Assembly (NCBI GenBank): GCA_016209015.1
Contig: JACQWY010000025.1
Coordinates: forward strand, 3,747 to 67,746
Source of the DNA: Gammaproteobacteria bacterium
Lineage (GTDB): Bacteria; Pseudomonadota; Gammaproteobacteria; Ga0077536
DNA length: 64,000 nt
Direction: 5' to 3'
In this document: positions 17,755 to 27,715 of the stretch, piece after piece
Position numbering within the stretch: the stretch's first letter is position 1
How the letters are laid out: each line of letters starts with the position of its first letter
Notes under the pieces: generated by a model
The model's input: only the letters and a program-made list of their open reading frames with translations
Told to the model about the DNA's origin: nothing
The model's database searches: none
Program-made: the position numbers and the translations under genes

Positions 17755-19212
17755 CTAATCCTGGTTGGTGCCGAGCCCGAGCCGGGCCAGCTTGCTGTAG
17801 AGCGTCGTACGGTTCACGCCGAGCAGGCGCGCGGCCTTGCTGAGATTGCCGCCCGCGAGCGTCAGCGCCGCGGTCACGTAGCGGCGCTCGATCTCGGCGA
17901 GCTCGTCGTCGAGGCGGAAGCCCTCCGCGCGCAGGCGCTGCGCGAGGCCCGCCTCGTCGGCGCGCGCCTCGGACGTCGGGGCAGCTTCGAGCGGCGGCTC
18001 GAGTTCGGCCTTGAGCGCGGTCAGGCCGACGCTGCATCCGGGATATTTCGTGCCCAGGCGTATGACGATGTTGCGCAGCTCGCGCACGTTGCCCGGAAAG
18101 GGATAGGCGGCGAGCGCAGCCTCCGCTTCGGCATCGAGCGTGAACGGCGCGACGGTGCCGGCGTACTGGCTGAGAAAATGATCGAGCAGGATCCGCCAGT
18201 CGTGCTCGCGCTCGCGCAGCGGCGGCACGCTGATCGTCAGCACGCTCAACCGATGGAACAGATCCGCGCGAAAGCTGCCGCGGCGCACGGCGTCGCGCAA
18301 TTCGCGGTTCGTGGCCGCGACGATGCGCGCCTCGGCGCGGCGCGGCGTGGTCTCGCCGACCCGGTAGAACTCGCCGTTCTCGAGCACGCGCAGGAATTTC
18401 GTCTGCAGCTCCGCCGGCAGCTCGCCGACCTCGTCGAGGACGAGCGTGCCGCGGCCCGCCTCCTCGAAGAATCCCGCACGCGATTTGTCGGCGCCGGTGT
18501 AGGCGCCGCGGGCGTGGCCGAAGAGCTGGGACCCGAGCAGCTCCGGCGTGAAGGCCGCGCAGTTCAGCGTCAGCAGCGGCTCGTGGCGGCGCGCGCTCTC
18601 GCGATGCAGGCATTCCGCGACGAGCTCCTTGCCACTGCCGGACTCGCCCTCGATCAGCACCGGAAACGGCGAGCTCGCGAATTGTCTGACGAGCTCGCGG
18701 AGCTGGCGCATGCCGCCGCTCGCGCCGAGCAGGACGTCGTCGGCGACGGCGCGCGGCGGCGCGGGCGCGGTTTCCGCGGCGAGGATCATGACCTGGTGCT
18801 GGAGCCGCGCGCGCAGGAGCTCCGCGTCGCAGGGCTTCGGCACGAAATCCACCGCGCCGAGCGTCAGCGCGTGGCGGATGTTCGCGGGCTTGCTCTGGCC
18901 GGAGAGCACGAGGATCTTCATCGTGCGGTTGAAGGCGAGCAGCTCGCGGATGAGCGTGAAGCCCTCGTCCGGCAGATGCGGCGTCGGCGGCAGGCCGAGA
19001 TCGACGAGCGCGAGCGCGGGCGCTTCCGGCAGCGCCTGCAGCAGGGCCTTCGCCTGGGCACGATTCGGCGCGACGTGGACTTCGAACTGGGGACGGAGGA
19101 CGAAGGACAGCGACTCGGCGATCAGCGGGTCGTCGTCGACCAGGATCAAGCCCGGCCGCTCGCGCCCGCCCGTACTGGCGGACTCATGCGCGGACGACAT
19201 CACCGTCGGCAC
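17755..19212 (-). CDS. prsR: Sigma-54-dependent response regulator (PrsR-like; receiver, AAA+ sigma-54 activator and HTH domains)
   Basis: A receiver domain (LILVDDDPLIAE...), a sigma-54 interaction domain (EGESGSGKELVAECLH, GAFTGA-like GAYTGA, ESELFGHARGAY) and a C-terminal Fis-type HTH. The start may be Met4 at 19200. The gene overlaps the 3' end of metF. Confidence 0.75.
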   Translation of the reverse strand: MPTVMSSAHESASTGGRERPGLILVDDDPLIAESLSFVLRPQFEVHVAPNRAQAKALLQALPEAPALALVDLGLPPTPHLPDEGFTLIRELLAFNRTMKILVLSGQSKPANIRHALTLGAVDFVPKPCDAELLRARLQHQVMILAAETAPAPPRAVADDVLLGASGGMRQLRELVRQFASSPFPVLIEGESGSGKELVAECLHRESARRHEPLLTLNCAAFTPELLGSQLFGHARGAYTGADKSRAGFFEEAGRGTLVLDEVGELPAELQTKFLRVLENGEFYRVGETTPRRAEARIVAATNRELRDAVRRGSFRADLFHRLSVLTISVPPLREREHDWRILLDHFLSQYAGTVAPFTLDAEAEAALAAYPFPGNVRELRNIVIRLGTKYPGCSVGLTALKAELEPPLEAAPTSEARADEAGLAQRLRAEGFRLDDELAEIERRYVTAALTLAGGNLSKAARLLGVNRTTLYSKLARLGLGTNQD

Positions 19213-20056
19213 CGAGGCCCAGATTGCGGCAGACCGCCTCGGAGGCCTCGTACTGGTTCATGGTGTAGAAGTGCAGCCCCGGCGCGCCGCGCTCGACGAG
19301 GCGCGCGCAGAGCTCGGTCGTCACGTCGATGCCGAAGTTGCGGATCGCCAGGCGGTCGTCGCCGAAATCGCGCAGCCGCTTGACGATCCAGCGCGGGATC
19401 TCCGCGCCGCACATCTCCGAGAAGCGCGAGAGCTGGCTGAAATTCGTGATCGGCATGACGCCGGGGATGATCGGGATCTCCACGCCGAGCCGGCGCACGC
19501 TGTCGACGAAGCGGAAGTAGGCGTCGGGATTGTAGAAGTACTGCGTGATCGCGCCGTCCGCGCCGGCCTCGACTTTGCGCTTGAAGTTCAGGAGGTCGAG
19601 CTCGGCCGACGGCGCCTGCGGGTGGAACTCGGGATAGGCGGCGACCTCGATGACGAAATCGCGGCCGGTCTCGGCGCGGATGAACGCGACGAGCTCGTTG
19701 CCGTAGCGCAGCTCGCCGAAGCCGGTCGTACCCGACGGCATGTCGCCCCGCAGGGCGACGACGCGCTTCACGCCCGCCTCGCGGTATTGCGCGAGCACGC
19801 TGCGGATCTGGGCGAGCGGCGTACCCATACAGGAGATGTGCGGCGCGGTGTCGATGCCGGTCGCCGCGCGGGTCGCGAGCGCGGTCTCGAGCGTGAGCTC
19901 CTTCGTGCTGCCGCCGGCGCCGAACGTGACGGAGAAGAATTCGGGGCGCAGCCGCGCGAGGCGGATGCGGGTCGCTTCGAGCTTGCCGACCGCCTCGGGC
20001 GAACGCGGCGGGAAGAACTCGAAGCTCAAGGAAACGTGCGGTCGTTGTACGGTCAC
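19184..20056 (-). CDS. metF: 5,10-methylenetetrahydrofolate reductase
   Basis: Collinear MetF sequence (FEFFPP...TFGAGGST...) of 290 aa. Confidence 0.85.
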   Translation of the reverse strand: MTVQRPHVSLSFEFFPPRSPEAVGKLEATRIRLARLRPEFFSVTFGAGGSTKELTLETALATRAATGIDTAPHISCMGTPLAQIRSVLAQYREAGVKRVVALRGDMPSGTTGFGELRYGNELVAFIRAETGRDFVIEVAAYPEFHPQAPSAELDLLNFKRKVEAGADGAITQYFYNPDAYFRFVDSVRRLGVEIPIIPGVMPITNFSQLSRFSEMCGAEIPRWIVKRLRDFGDDRLAIRNFGIDVTTELCARLVERGAPGLHFYTMNQYEASEAVCRNLGLGADGDVVRA

Positions 20057-20431
20057 GGAAGCCCCACCACTGGAATGACGTCGAGAATTCGACCATGCGC
20101 GACACGCATTGGCGAATCCTTTCGGTGATGACTTCTGCCTGTGGCATCGCGGTCATCGGGGCGAGGGCTATATTTATGACGCTAAATATATCGCGTTTTT
20201 AATAAGGTGTAATCTGCAGCTCATCCTGCACTTTAGGAAACGGGCCAGTGGGACGGCGGGATGGGACGGGAAGTTGTCCCGCGCAAACAAACGCAAATTC
20301 AACCACCGTTCGGCGCAAGTCGCCGCGGCTGGCGGTCTACAGTCCGAGTGTGGCCCGCCACGGCGCCGGCCACGCCGGTCAATCCGCCCGCGCACGAGCC
20401 GATAAGCTGGCCTTCAAACCCGGAAGCACCC

Positions 20432-23239
20432 ATGAACAAGACTATGACTGCCGCCGTCGCGGCCGTGTACCTGCTGGCCTGCCCGGGCCTCTCGTGCGCC
20501 GCGGACGCGGTAACCAGGGATGGCACGCAGTACTACGAGGCCGCGACCGGCCTGTTCGGCAAGGGTGACTACCCGGGAGCGGTCATCCAGCTCAAGAACG
20601 CCCTGCAGAAATCGCCGAATCTGCTCGCTGCCCACGTGCTGCTCGGCCGCGCCTACCTGAAACAGCACCTGGGCGCGGAGGCCGAGAAGGAGATCAAGCT
20701 CGCGATGCAGGCCGGCGGCGACAACTCGGTGACCGCGCCGCTGCTCGCCGAGGCCTATCTCCTGCAGTTCCGGTACCGCCCGCTGCTCGACGAGGTCGGC
20801 GCGGAGGGCCTGGGCGACGCCGCAGCCGTGGCGGTGCTCGTGATGCGCGGTCAGGCGCACCTCGAGATCGGCGAGCTCGAGCGCGCGAACCAGGACTTCC
20901 AGGAGGCCGGCCGCCGCGATCCCACGGGCGTCCGGCCCGTGCTCGGTCAGGCCCTGACCGCCCTCAGGCGCAGCGATTTCGCGACCGCGGCGAGCCTGGC
21001 CGACGAGGCGCTGACGCGGGCGCCGCAGGATCCTGAGGCCTGGAACACGCGCGCGTCGGTCCACCACGCGCAGGGCGAGCTCGCCGAGGCGCTCGCGAAA
21101 TACACGAAAGCGCTCGAGATTGAACCTCTGCACCGGGACGCCCGCGTCGCCCGCGTCGCGGTCCTGCTCGATCTCGGGCGGGACGCCGAGACCCGCGCGG
21201 ATTTCGCGTTTCTCGGTGAGCACTACGCCTCCGATCCGCGCGCGGCCTACCTGCGGGCCCTCAAGCTGTCCCGCGGCGGCGACGACGCCGGTGCGCGCTC
21301 CCATCTCGCCGAGGCCGCGAACCTGCTCTCCCAGGTCGACACGGACTGGCTCGACAACAACGCCCAGCTCCTGCTCCTCGCCGGCACGACGAACTTCAGC
21401 CTCGGCGACTTCGAGAAGGCCCAGGGCTATCTCGAGCGCTACGTCGCCCACAATGCGAACGCGACGGGCGCCCGCAAGCTGCTCGCCGCGTCCCTGCTCG
21501 CGACCGACAAGGCGGACCGCGCGATCAGCATCCTGACCACCGCCCAGGTCGAGGCGCCGCGCGATCCCAAGGTTCTGAGCCTGCTCGCGAATGCGTGGAT
21601 GGCCAAAGGCCGGCACGAGAAGGCGACGCAGCTCCTCGAGCAGGCCGCGGCGCTGCCCGGCGCGGACAGCGACGTGCAGACCGAGCTCGCGATCACGCGC
21701 CTGCTCGGCGGCAAGACCGAGCAGGCGCTCGGCGACCTGCAGTCGATCGTCAAGACCCACCCCGAAGCCGGTAAGGCGAATCTCGTGCTCGCCGTGATGT
21801 ACCAGCGGCGGGGCGAGTTCAAGCAGGCGGCCGAGCTCGCGGGGCGGCTGTGCGAGCAGAATCCGAAGAACCTGACCGCGCTGAACCTGCTCGCGTCCGC
21901 CCAGGCCGGCCTCGGCGATCGCGCCGCGGCCCGCGAGACCTACCGGCGCGCGCTCGACGTCGATCCCGCGTTCCACCCCGCGGTGCTGAACCTCGCGAAG
22001 CTCGATCTCCTCGACGGCAAGCCCGGCGACGCGCGCGAGCGGCTGAAGGAGGCCTTGAAGCACAAGGCGAACGACGACCTGATCCTCATGGCGCTCGCCG
22101 AGACCGAGGAGCGCGACGGCAAGCCCGCCGAGGCGATCCGCTGGCTCGAGCAGGGCCGCAGCGCGAACGACGGCGCGGTGAACCTGCGCCTGTATCTCGC
22201 GAACCTGCTGATCCGCGACAAGGCCCTCGACCGCGCCCAGACGGTCGTCGAAGAGGCGCAGAGCCGCGAGCCGGAGAGCCTCCAGGTCCTCGAGGCCGCG
22301 GCCCGGCTGCAGATTGCGCTCGACCGCCCGCAGCAGGCGCGCGGGATCCTGAAACGGATGGCCGATCGGGCCGCCTTCGATGCCCCGGCACTCGTCGGCA
22401 TCGCCCAGCGTCAGGCGCAGATCCAGGCGACGGACGATGCGCTCTACTCCCTCAGCAAGGCCGTCCAGGGTGCGCCCGGCTACCGGCCGGCCCGCGTCGC
22501 GGCACTGCAGGTCGCGCTCGCGGCTGGCAATTCCGGGCGCGTCGACAGCGAGCTCGAGGCACTCGCCGCGCGCTGGCCGGACGATCCCGTGACCCTCCAG
22601 CTCACCGGTGACGTCGCGATGTCGCGCAATCAGCCGGCCCAGGCCGCGAGCGCCTATCGCAAGGCGCTGGATCGGCAGCAGTCGAGCGTCTTCACGATCC
22701 GGCTCGCCGCGGCGCTCATGGCGTCCAAACAAGGCAGCGAGGCCGCAGCCATGCTCCACCGCTGGATCGAGGCCCACCCGGACGATGCTGCCGCCGGGCA
22801 GGCGCTCGCCGAGGCCGAATTCTTCCTCGGCAATCTGCCGGCCGCCCGCAAGGCCTACGAGGCCGCGGTCGCGCGCGACCCGAAGAACGCGATGCTGCTG
22901 AACAACTATGCCGTGGTGCTCGAGAAGAGCGGCGACGCCGAAGCCCTGGCGCGGGCTCGTGAGGCCCGGGCCCTCGCGCCCGCCGATCCGAACGTGAACG
23001 ACACGCTGGGCTGGCTGCTGACGGTGCACGGCCAGGCCGAAGAAGGTCTGACGTATCTCCGGGATGCGCAGTCGCGCGACGCCTCCTCCCCGAGCATCCG
23101 CTACCATCTCGCGCTCGCCCTCGCCGGCCTCGACCGCAAGGACGAAGCGAAGCGCGAGCTCGACACACTGCTCGCGGACAAGAGCGAGTTCGGCGACCGC
23201 AGCGAGGCCGAGGCCTTGCGCAGGCGACTCGGACCCTAG
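20432..23239 (+). CDS. prsT: PEP-CTERM system TPR-repeat lipoprotein PrsT-like (about 935 aa)
   Basis: A lipoprotein-type signal (MNKTMTAAVAAVYLLACPGLSC) followed by more than 20 TPR repeats. The size and neighbourhood match PrsT. The start was trimmed from the 992-aa ORF. Confidence 0.7.
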   Translation: MNKTMTAAVAAVYLLACPGLSCAADAVTRDGTQYYEAATGLFGKGDYPGAVIQLKNALQKSPNLLAAHVLLGRAYLKQHLGAEAEKEIKLAMQAGGDNSVTAPLLAEAYLLQFRYRPLLDEVGAEGLGDAAAVAVLVMRGQAHLEIGELERANQDFQEAGRRDPTGVRPVLGQALTALRRSDFATAASLADEALTRAPQDPEAWNTRASVHHAQGELAEALAKYTKALEIEPLHRDARVARVAVLLDLGRDAETRADFAFLGEHYASDPRAAYLRALKLSRGGDDAGARSHLAEAANLLSQVDTDWLDNNAQLLLLAGTTNFSLGDFEKAQGYLERYVAHNANATGARKLLAASLLATDKADRAISILTTAQVEAPRDPKVLSLLANAWMAKGRHEKATQLLEQAAALPGADSDVQTELAITRLLGGKTEQALGDLQSIVKTHPEAGKANLVLAVMYQRRGEFKQAAELAGRLCEQNPKNLTALNLLASAQAGLGDRAAARETYRRALDVDPAFHPAVLNLAKLDLLDGKPGDARERLKEALKHKANDDLILMALAETEERDGKPAEAIRWLEQGRSANDGAVNLRLYLANLLIRDKALDRAQTVVEEAQSREPESLQVLEAAARLQIALDRPQQARGILKRMADRAAFDAPALVGIAQRQAQIQATDDALYSLSKAVQGAPGYRPARVAALQVALAAGNSGRVDSELEALAARWPDDPVTLQLTGDVAMSRNQPAQAASAYRKALDRQQSSVFTIRLAAALMASKQGSEAAAMLHRWIEAHPDDAAAGQALAEAEFFLGNLPAARKAYEAAVARDPKNAMLLNNYAVVLEKSGDAEALARAREARALAPADPNVNDTLGWLLTVHGQAEEGLTYLRDAQSRDASSPSIRYHLALALAGLDRKDEAKRELDTLLADKSEFGDRSEAEALRRRLGP

Positions 23240-23263
23240 TTGTCAAAGCGCTTGACAGTTGTC
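23239..23263 (+). promoter_or_regulatory. Inverted repeat TGTCAA-N5-TTGACA, a candidate enhancer (UAS) for the sigma-54 promoter of the PEP-CTERM gene
   Basis: gttgtcaaagcgcttgacagttgtc lies immediately after the prsT stop and about 90 bp upstream of the -24/-12 element. Confidence 0.3.
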
Positions 23264-23330
23264 GGGCTCAGGCGACCATGGCGCCGGGCTCGAATTCGCA
23301 AGTCTTTGAATCATAAAGCAGCGGAGAATC

Positions 23331-23346
23331 TGGCCGGGATCTTGCT
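23331..23346 (+). promoter_or_regulatory. Sigma-54 -24/-12 promoter (TGGCCGGGATCTTGCT)
   Basis: GG-N10-GC spacing with a TTGC -12 element, about 100 nt upstream of the PEP-CTERM ORF start at 23447. Confidence 0.5.
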
Positions 23347-23446
23347 GCAAAGCGCGTAACACGGCGGGAAAGCGCGTGTTTGTAAAAAGACACATAAAGT
23401 CACAGAGCCCCATTGGCTGCGTCGCAGGACGCGAAGAGAGATCGAC

Positions 23447-24328
23447 ATGCTGAATCGGCAACGTCTGTTCGGAATAGCCCTCGCTGCAACGACGGCTCTC
23501 GCGGCTTCGACCGCCCAGGCTGCGTTCGTATGGAACTTCGGGGGCTCGGGCGGCAAGCTCAGCGGCGCCGCGACGACGTTCAACGCCAGCTTCGGCGGCA
23601 AGACGGTCACGGCCTCGGTCACCGCCTGGGCCGACAGCGGCGCCGTCGGCGACGGCGGCACGAACCGCGTGCTCAATCAGGGCAACGTCTACCAGTACTC
23701 CGGCGGCCTCGGCGTGCAATGGGTCGCGCCGACCGGCACGACCATCAACGGGCTCAGCCAGGAATCGACCGGCGTTCCCGAGCACACCATGGACAACTGC
23801 GGCCTGCTCAACTCTTTCGGGTCCTGCACCGCCGGCACGCCCGAGGACTTCATCCTCTTCAAGTTCAGCGACAGCGTCGCGCTCTCGCAGGTCGCCCAGG
23901 GCTGGTTCCAGAGCGACGCCGACATCACCGTGCTCGCCTACACCGGTGCCGGCGACCCGACCGCGAACCTCACGAAAGACACCTACGCCTCGACGGATGC
24001 CGCGGGCGGCCTCAGCACCGGCCTCGTCAACGACGGCTGGACCTGGGTCGGCAACTACGCCAATCTGCAGAACGGCGCCGCGACCATCAACACCGGCGCG
24101 AACACCGGCGGCCAGGCCGTCACCTCGAGCTACTGGCTCATCGGCGCCTACAACTCCCGCGTCCATGCGGAAGCGAGCACCTGGGACAACAACAACGACT
24201 TCCTGAAAATCACCTCGCTCGCCGGCACGGTCACGCCGCCCGGCGGCAAAGTGCCGGAGCCGGCCTCGGCCGCGCTCGTGCTGCTCGGCCTCGCGGCAGT
24301 CCGCCGCTACCGCCCGCGCCGCGGCTGA
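23447..24328 (+). CDS. PEP-CTERM domain-containing exported protein (293 aa, Gly/Thr/Ser-rich)
   Basis: An N-terminal signal peptide ([25 protein letters not shown]). The C-terminus ...[28 protein letters not shown] has a VPEP motif, a TM helix and an Arg cluster. Confidence 0.8.
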   Translation: MLNRQRLFGIALAATTALAASTAQAAFVWNFGGSGGKLSGAATTFNASFGGKTVTASVTAWADSGAVGDGGTNRVLNQGNVYQYSGGLGVQWVAPTGTTINGLSQESTGVPEHTMDNCGLLNSFGSCTAGTPEDFILFKFSDSVALSQVAQGWFQSDADITVLAYTGAGDPTANLTKDTYASTDAAGGLSTGLVNDGWTWVGNYANLQNGAATINTGANTGGQAVTSSYWLIGAYNSRVHAEASTWDNNNDFLKITSLAGTVTPPGGKVPEPASAALVLLGLAAVRRYRPRRG

Positions 24329-24343
24329 GCTCCGCGCTGCTCC

Positions 24344-24375
24344 CCTCGACAGGGCCCTGCGGGGCCTTGTTTCGT
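24344..24375 (+). terminator. Rho-independent terminator after the PEP-CTERM gene
   Basis: Stem ggccc-tgcg-gggcc followed by ttgtttcgttt. Confidence 0.5.
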
Positions 24376-24609
24376 TTACGGCCGCTTGATCTGCGTCGCC
24401 CGGCGGGATGGAGCGCGCCGGCCCGAGACGTTAGAATGCCGACCCCTTGCGGAGGCCGGTGGACCGGCTTCCACCAGACCGCGGCCAGCGCCGCGAACCG
24501 TTGCCGGAGGCGCTCCGGAGCCGCTGCGCGCAGCGCGCGTCCCGGTGCCGCGACCGTATGTGTTGAACATCACCCTGACCGTCCTCGGTCAATCCGCAGG
24601 AGCATCGAC

Positions 24610-26646
24610 ATGAATTCGAGCGCCGTCGCATCGTCATCCACTTCCGTCCCGAGCCGCCGCGACCTCGCGAACGCCTTGCGTGCGCTCAGCATGGACGCCG
24701 TCCAGGCCGCGAACTCCGGCCACCCGGGCGCGCCGCTCGGCATGGCGGACTTCGTCGAAGTGCTGTGGCGCGACCACCTCGCGCACAATCCCGGCAATCC
24801 CCACTGGTTCAACCGCGACCGCTTCGTGCTCTCGAACGGCCACGGCTCGATGCTCATCTATTCGCTGCTGCACCTGACGGGCTATGCGCTGCCGATCGAG
24901 GAGCTGAAGCGCTTCCGGCAACTGGGCTCCAAGACCCCCGGCCATCCCGAGGTCCACCACACGCCCGGCATCGAGACCACGACCGGTCCGCTCGGCCAGG
25001 GCATCGCGAACGCGGTCGGCATGGCGCTCGCGGAGAAGATCCTCGGCGCGCACTTCAACCGCGAAGGCTTTCCGGTCGTCGATCACCACACCTACGTCTG
25101 CGTCGGCGACGGCTGCCTGATGGAAGGCCTCTCGCACGAGGCCTGCTCGCTCGCCGGCACGCTCGGCCTCGGCAAGCTCGTCGCGCTCTACGACGACAAC
25201 GGCATCTCCATCGACGGCAAGGTCGAGGGCTGGTTCACGGACGACACCCCGGCGCGCTTCGCGGCCTACGGCTGGCACGTCGTCCCGAACGTCGACGGCC
25301 ACGACGCGGCGGCCGTCGCCAAGGCGCTCGCCGCGGCCCGTGCCGAGACGGCGCGGCCCTCGCTCATCTGCATGAAGACCGTGATCGGCTTCGGCTCGCC
25401 GAACAAGGCCGGCACCGCGGGCTGCCACGGCGCGGCGCTCGGCGAGAAGGAAGTCACCGCGACGCGCGAGAAGCTCGGCTGGAATCATCCGCCGTTCGAA
25501 ATCCCGGCGGCCATCGCGAAGGCCTGGGACGCCCGCGAGGCGGGTGCGAAACGCGAGGCGGCCTGGCAGGAGCTCTTCACGAAATATCTCAAAGCGCACC
25601 CGGAGCTCGGCGCGGATCTCGAGCGCCGCATGGCGGGCGAGCTGACCGAGGCCTTCGGCAATTTCGCGCTCGACGCCGTCAGGCAGATGCAGGCCGAAGG
25701 CGGCGCGAATGCGACCCGCAAGTCCTCCCAGCTCGTGCTCGAGAAGCTCGGCCCGCACTGCCCCGAGCTCGTCGGCGGCTCGGCCGACCTCTCGGAATCG
25801 AACAACACGCACTGGTCGGGCTCGCACACCGTGAGCGCCGCGCAGGCGGACGGCAACTATCTCGAATACGGCGTGCGCGAATTCGGCATGGCCGCGATCA
25901 TGAACGGCCTGGCGCTGCACGGCGGCGTCATACCCTACGGCGGCACGTTCCTCGTGTTCTCGGATTACTGCCGCAACGCGGTGCGCATGGCGGCGCTGAT
26001 GAGCATCCGTTCGATCTACGTCTTCACGCACGATTCGATCGGCCTCGGCGAAGACGGCCCGACGCACCAGCCGATCGAGCACGCGGCGGCGCTGCGGCTC
26101 ATTCCGAACGTCCAGGTCTGGCGGCCCTGCGACGGCGTCGAGACGGCCGCGGCCTGGGCCGCGGCGATCGAGCGTCCGGACGGTCCGACGGCGCTGCTGC
26201 TGACGCGCCAGGGCGTGCCGACGCAGCCGCGCGACGCCGCGCAGCTCGCCGCGATCGCGCGCGGCGGCTACGTGCTCGTCGAGCCGGCCGGTGCGCCGGA
26301 CGCGCTCGTGATCGCGACGGGCTCCGAGGTCGCGCTCGCGGTCGCGGCCGCGAACGAATTGAACGCGCAGGGCGCGCGCCTGCGCGTCGTGTCCATGCCC
26401 TGCTGCGAGCGCTTCTCGCATCAGGACGCGGCCTATCGCGAAGCGGTGCTGCCCTCGGGCATCCGCCGCCGCATCGCGATCGAAGCGGCGAGCGGCGACT
26501 ATTGGTACAAGTTCGTCGGCCTCGACGGCGAGATCATCGCGCTGCACGGTTTCGGCGCCTCGGCGCCGGCCGGCGATCTGTTCAAGCTTTTCGGTCTGAC
26601 GGCCGAACAGGTGAAAGTACGTATTCAGTCCTACCTCTCGCGGTGA
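24610..26646 (+). CDS. tkt: Transketolase
   Basis: A TPP-binding N-terminus ([11 protein letters not shown]...[16 protein letters not shown]), 678 aa. The start was trimmed from the 1077-aa ORF. Confidence 0.9.
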   Translation: MNSSAVASSSTSVPSRRDLANALRALSMDAVQAANSGHPGAPLGMADFVEVLWRDHLAHNPGNPHWFNRDRFVLSNGHGSMLIYSLLHLTGYALPIEELKRFRQLGSKTPGHPEVHHTPGIETTTGPLGQGIANAVGMALAEKILGAHFNREGFPVVDHHTYVCVGDGCLMEGLSHEACSLAGTLGLGKLVALYDDNGISIDGKVEGWFTDDTPARFAAYGWHVVPNVDGHDAAAVAKALAAARAETARPSLICMKTVIGFGSPNKAGTAGCHGAALGEKEVTATREKLGWNHPPFEIPAAIAKAWDAREAGAKREAAWQELFTKYLKAHPELGADLERRMAGELTEAFGNFALDAVRQMQAEGGANATRKSSQLVLEKLGPHCPELVGGSADLSESNNTHWSGSHTVSAAQADGNYLEYGVREFGMAAIMNGLALHGGVIPYGGTFLVFSDYCRNAVRMAALMSIRSIYVFTHDSIGLGEDGPTHQPIEHAAALRLIPNVQVWRPCDGVETAAAWAAAIERPDGPTALLLTRQGVPTQPRDAAQLAAIARGGYVLVEPAGAPDALVIATGSEVALAVAAANELNAQGARLRVVSMPCCERFSHQDAAYREAVLPSGIRRRIAIEAASGDYWYKFVGLDGEIIALHGFGASAPAGDLFKLFGLTAEQVKVRIQSYLSR

Positions 26647-26694
26647 TATGAAATCCGTACGCTTTTTCGAGTCCCCATCCAGGAGATCGCATTC

Positions 26695-27711
26695 ATGACC
26701 ATTCGAGTCGGAATCAACGGCTACGGCCGCATCGGACGCAACGTGGTGCGCGCGCTTTACGAAGCGGGCCGCACCAAGGACATCCAGATCGTCGCGGTGA
26801 ACGACCTCGGCGACGCCAAGACGAACGCCCACCTCACCCGCTACGACACCGCGCACGGCCGCTTCCCCGGCACGATCGAGGTCGACGGCGATTCCATGGT
26901 CGTGAACGGCGATCGCATCCGCGTGCTGAGCGAGAAGGATCCGGCGAAGCTGCCCTGGGGCGAGCTCGAGGTCGACGTCGTGATGGAATCGACCGGCATC
27001 TTCACGAGCCGCGAGAAGGCGGGCCTCCACCTCCAGGGCGGCGCGAAGAAAGTCATCATCTCGGCGCCCGCGAAGGGCGACGTCGACGCGACGATCGTCT
27101 ACGGCGTGAACCACAAGTCGCTGAAGGCCTCGCACCAGATCATCTCGAACGCCTCGTGCACGACGAACTGCCTCGCGCCGCTGGTCAAGCCGCTGCACGA
27201 GAAGATCGGTCTCGTCGCCGGCCTGATGACGACGATCCACGCCTACACGAACGACCAGGTGCTGACGGACGTCTATCACTCGGATCTGCGCCGTGCGCGT
27301 TCGGCGACGATGTCGATGATCCCGACGAAGACCGGGGCCGCCGCGGCCGTCGGCCTCGTGCTGCCCGATCTGAACGGCAAGCTCGACGGCCTCGCCGTGC
27401 GCGTGCCGACGATCAACGTCTCGCTCGTCGATCTCACGTTCACCGCGAAGCGCGCGACCGACAAGAAGGAAATCTCGGCGATCATGAAGGAAGCCGCCGA
27501 CGGCGAGCTGAAGGGCATCCTCGAGTACAACGATGCGCCGCTCGTCTCGATCGACTTCAACCACAATCCCGCGTCCTCGATTTTCGAGGCGAGCGAGACG
27601 AAGGTCATCGGCGGCACGCTCGTCAAGGTCATGGCGTGGTACGACAACGAGTGGGGCTTCTCGAACCGTATGCTCGACACCGCCATCGCGCTGATGAACG
27701 CCGGAGCCTGA
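26695..27711 (+). CDS. gap: Glyceraldehyde-3-phosphate dehydrogenase
   Basis: INGYGRIGR and the active-site SCTTNCLAP motif; 338 aa. Confidence 0.9.
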   Translation: MTIRVGINGYGRIGRNVVRALYEAGRTKDIQIVAVNDLGDAKTNAHLTRYDTAHGRFPGTIEVDGDSMVVNGDRIRVLSEKDPAKLPWGELEVDVVMESTGIFTSREKAGLHLQGGAKKVIISAPAKGDVDATIVYGVNHKSLKASHQIISNASCTTNCLAPLVKPLHEKIGLVAGLMTTIHAYTNDQVLTDVYHSDLRRARSATMSMIPTKTGAAAAVGLVLPDLNGKLDGLAVRVPTINVSLVDLTFTAKRATDKKEISAIMKEAADGELKGILEYNDAPLVSIDFNHNPASSIFEASETKVIGGTLVKVMAWYDNEWGFSNRMLDTAIALMNAGA

Positions 27712-27715
27712 GACC

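Noticed and set aside
20057-20431. A sigma-54 promoter or SAM/SAH riboswitch in the AT-rich divergent metF / prsT intergenic region
   Set aside because: No GG-N10-GC element with acceptable flanks was found, and there is no recognisable riboswitch consensus. It is probably a pair of ordinary sigma-70 promoters.
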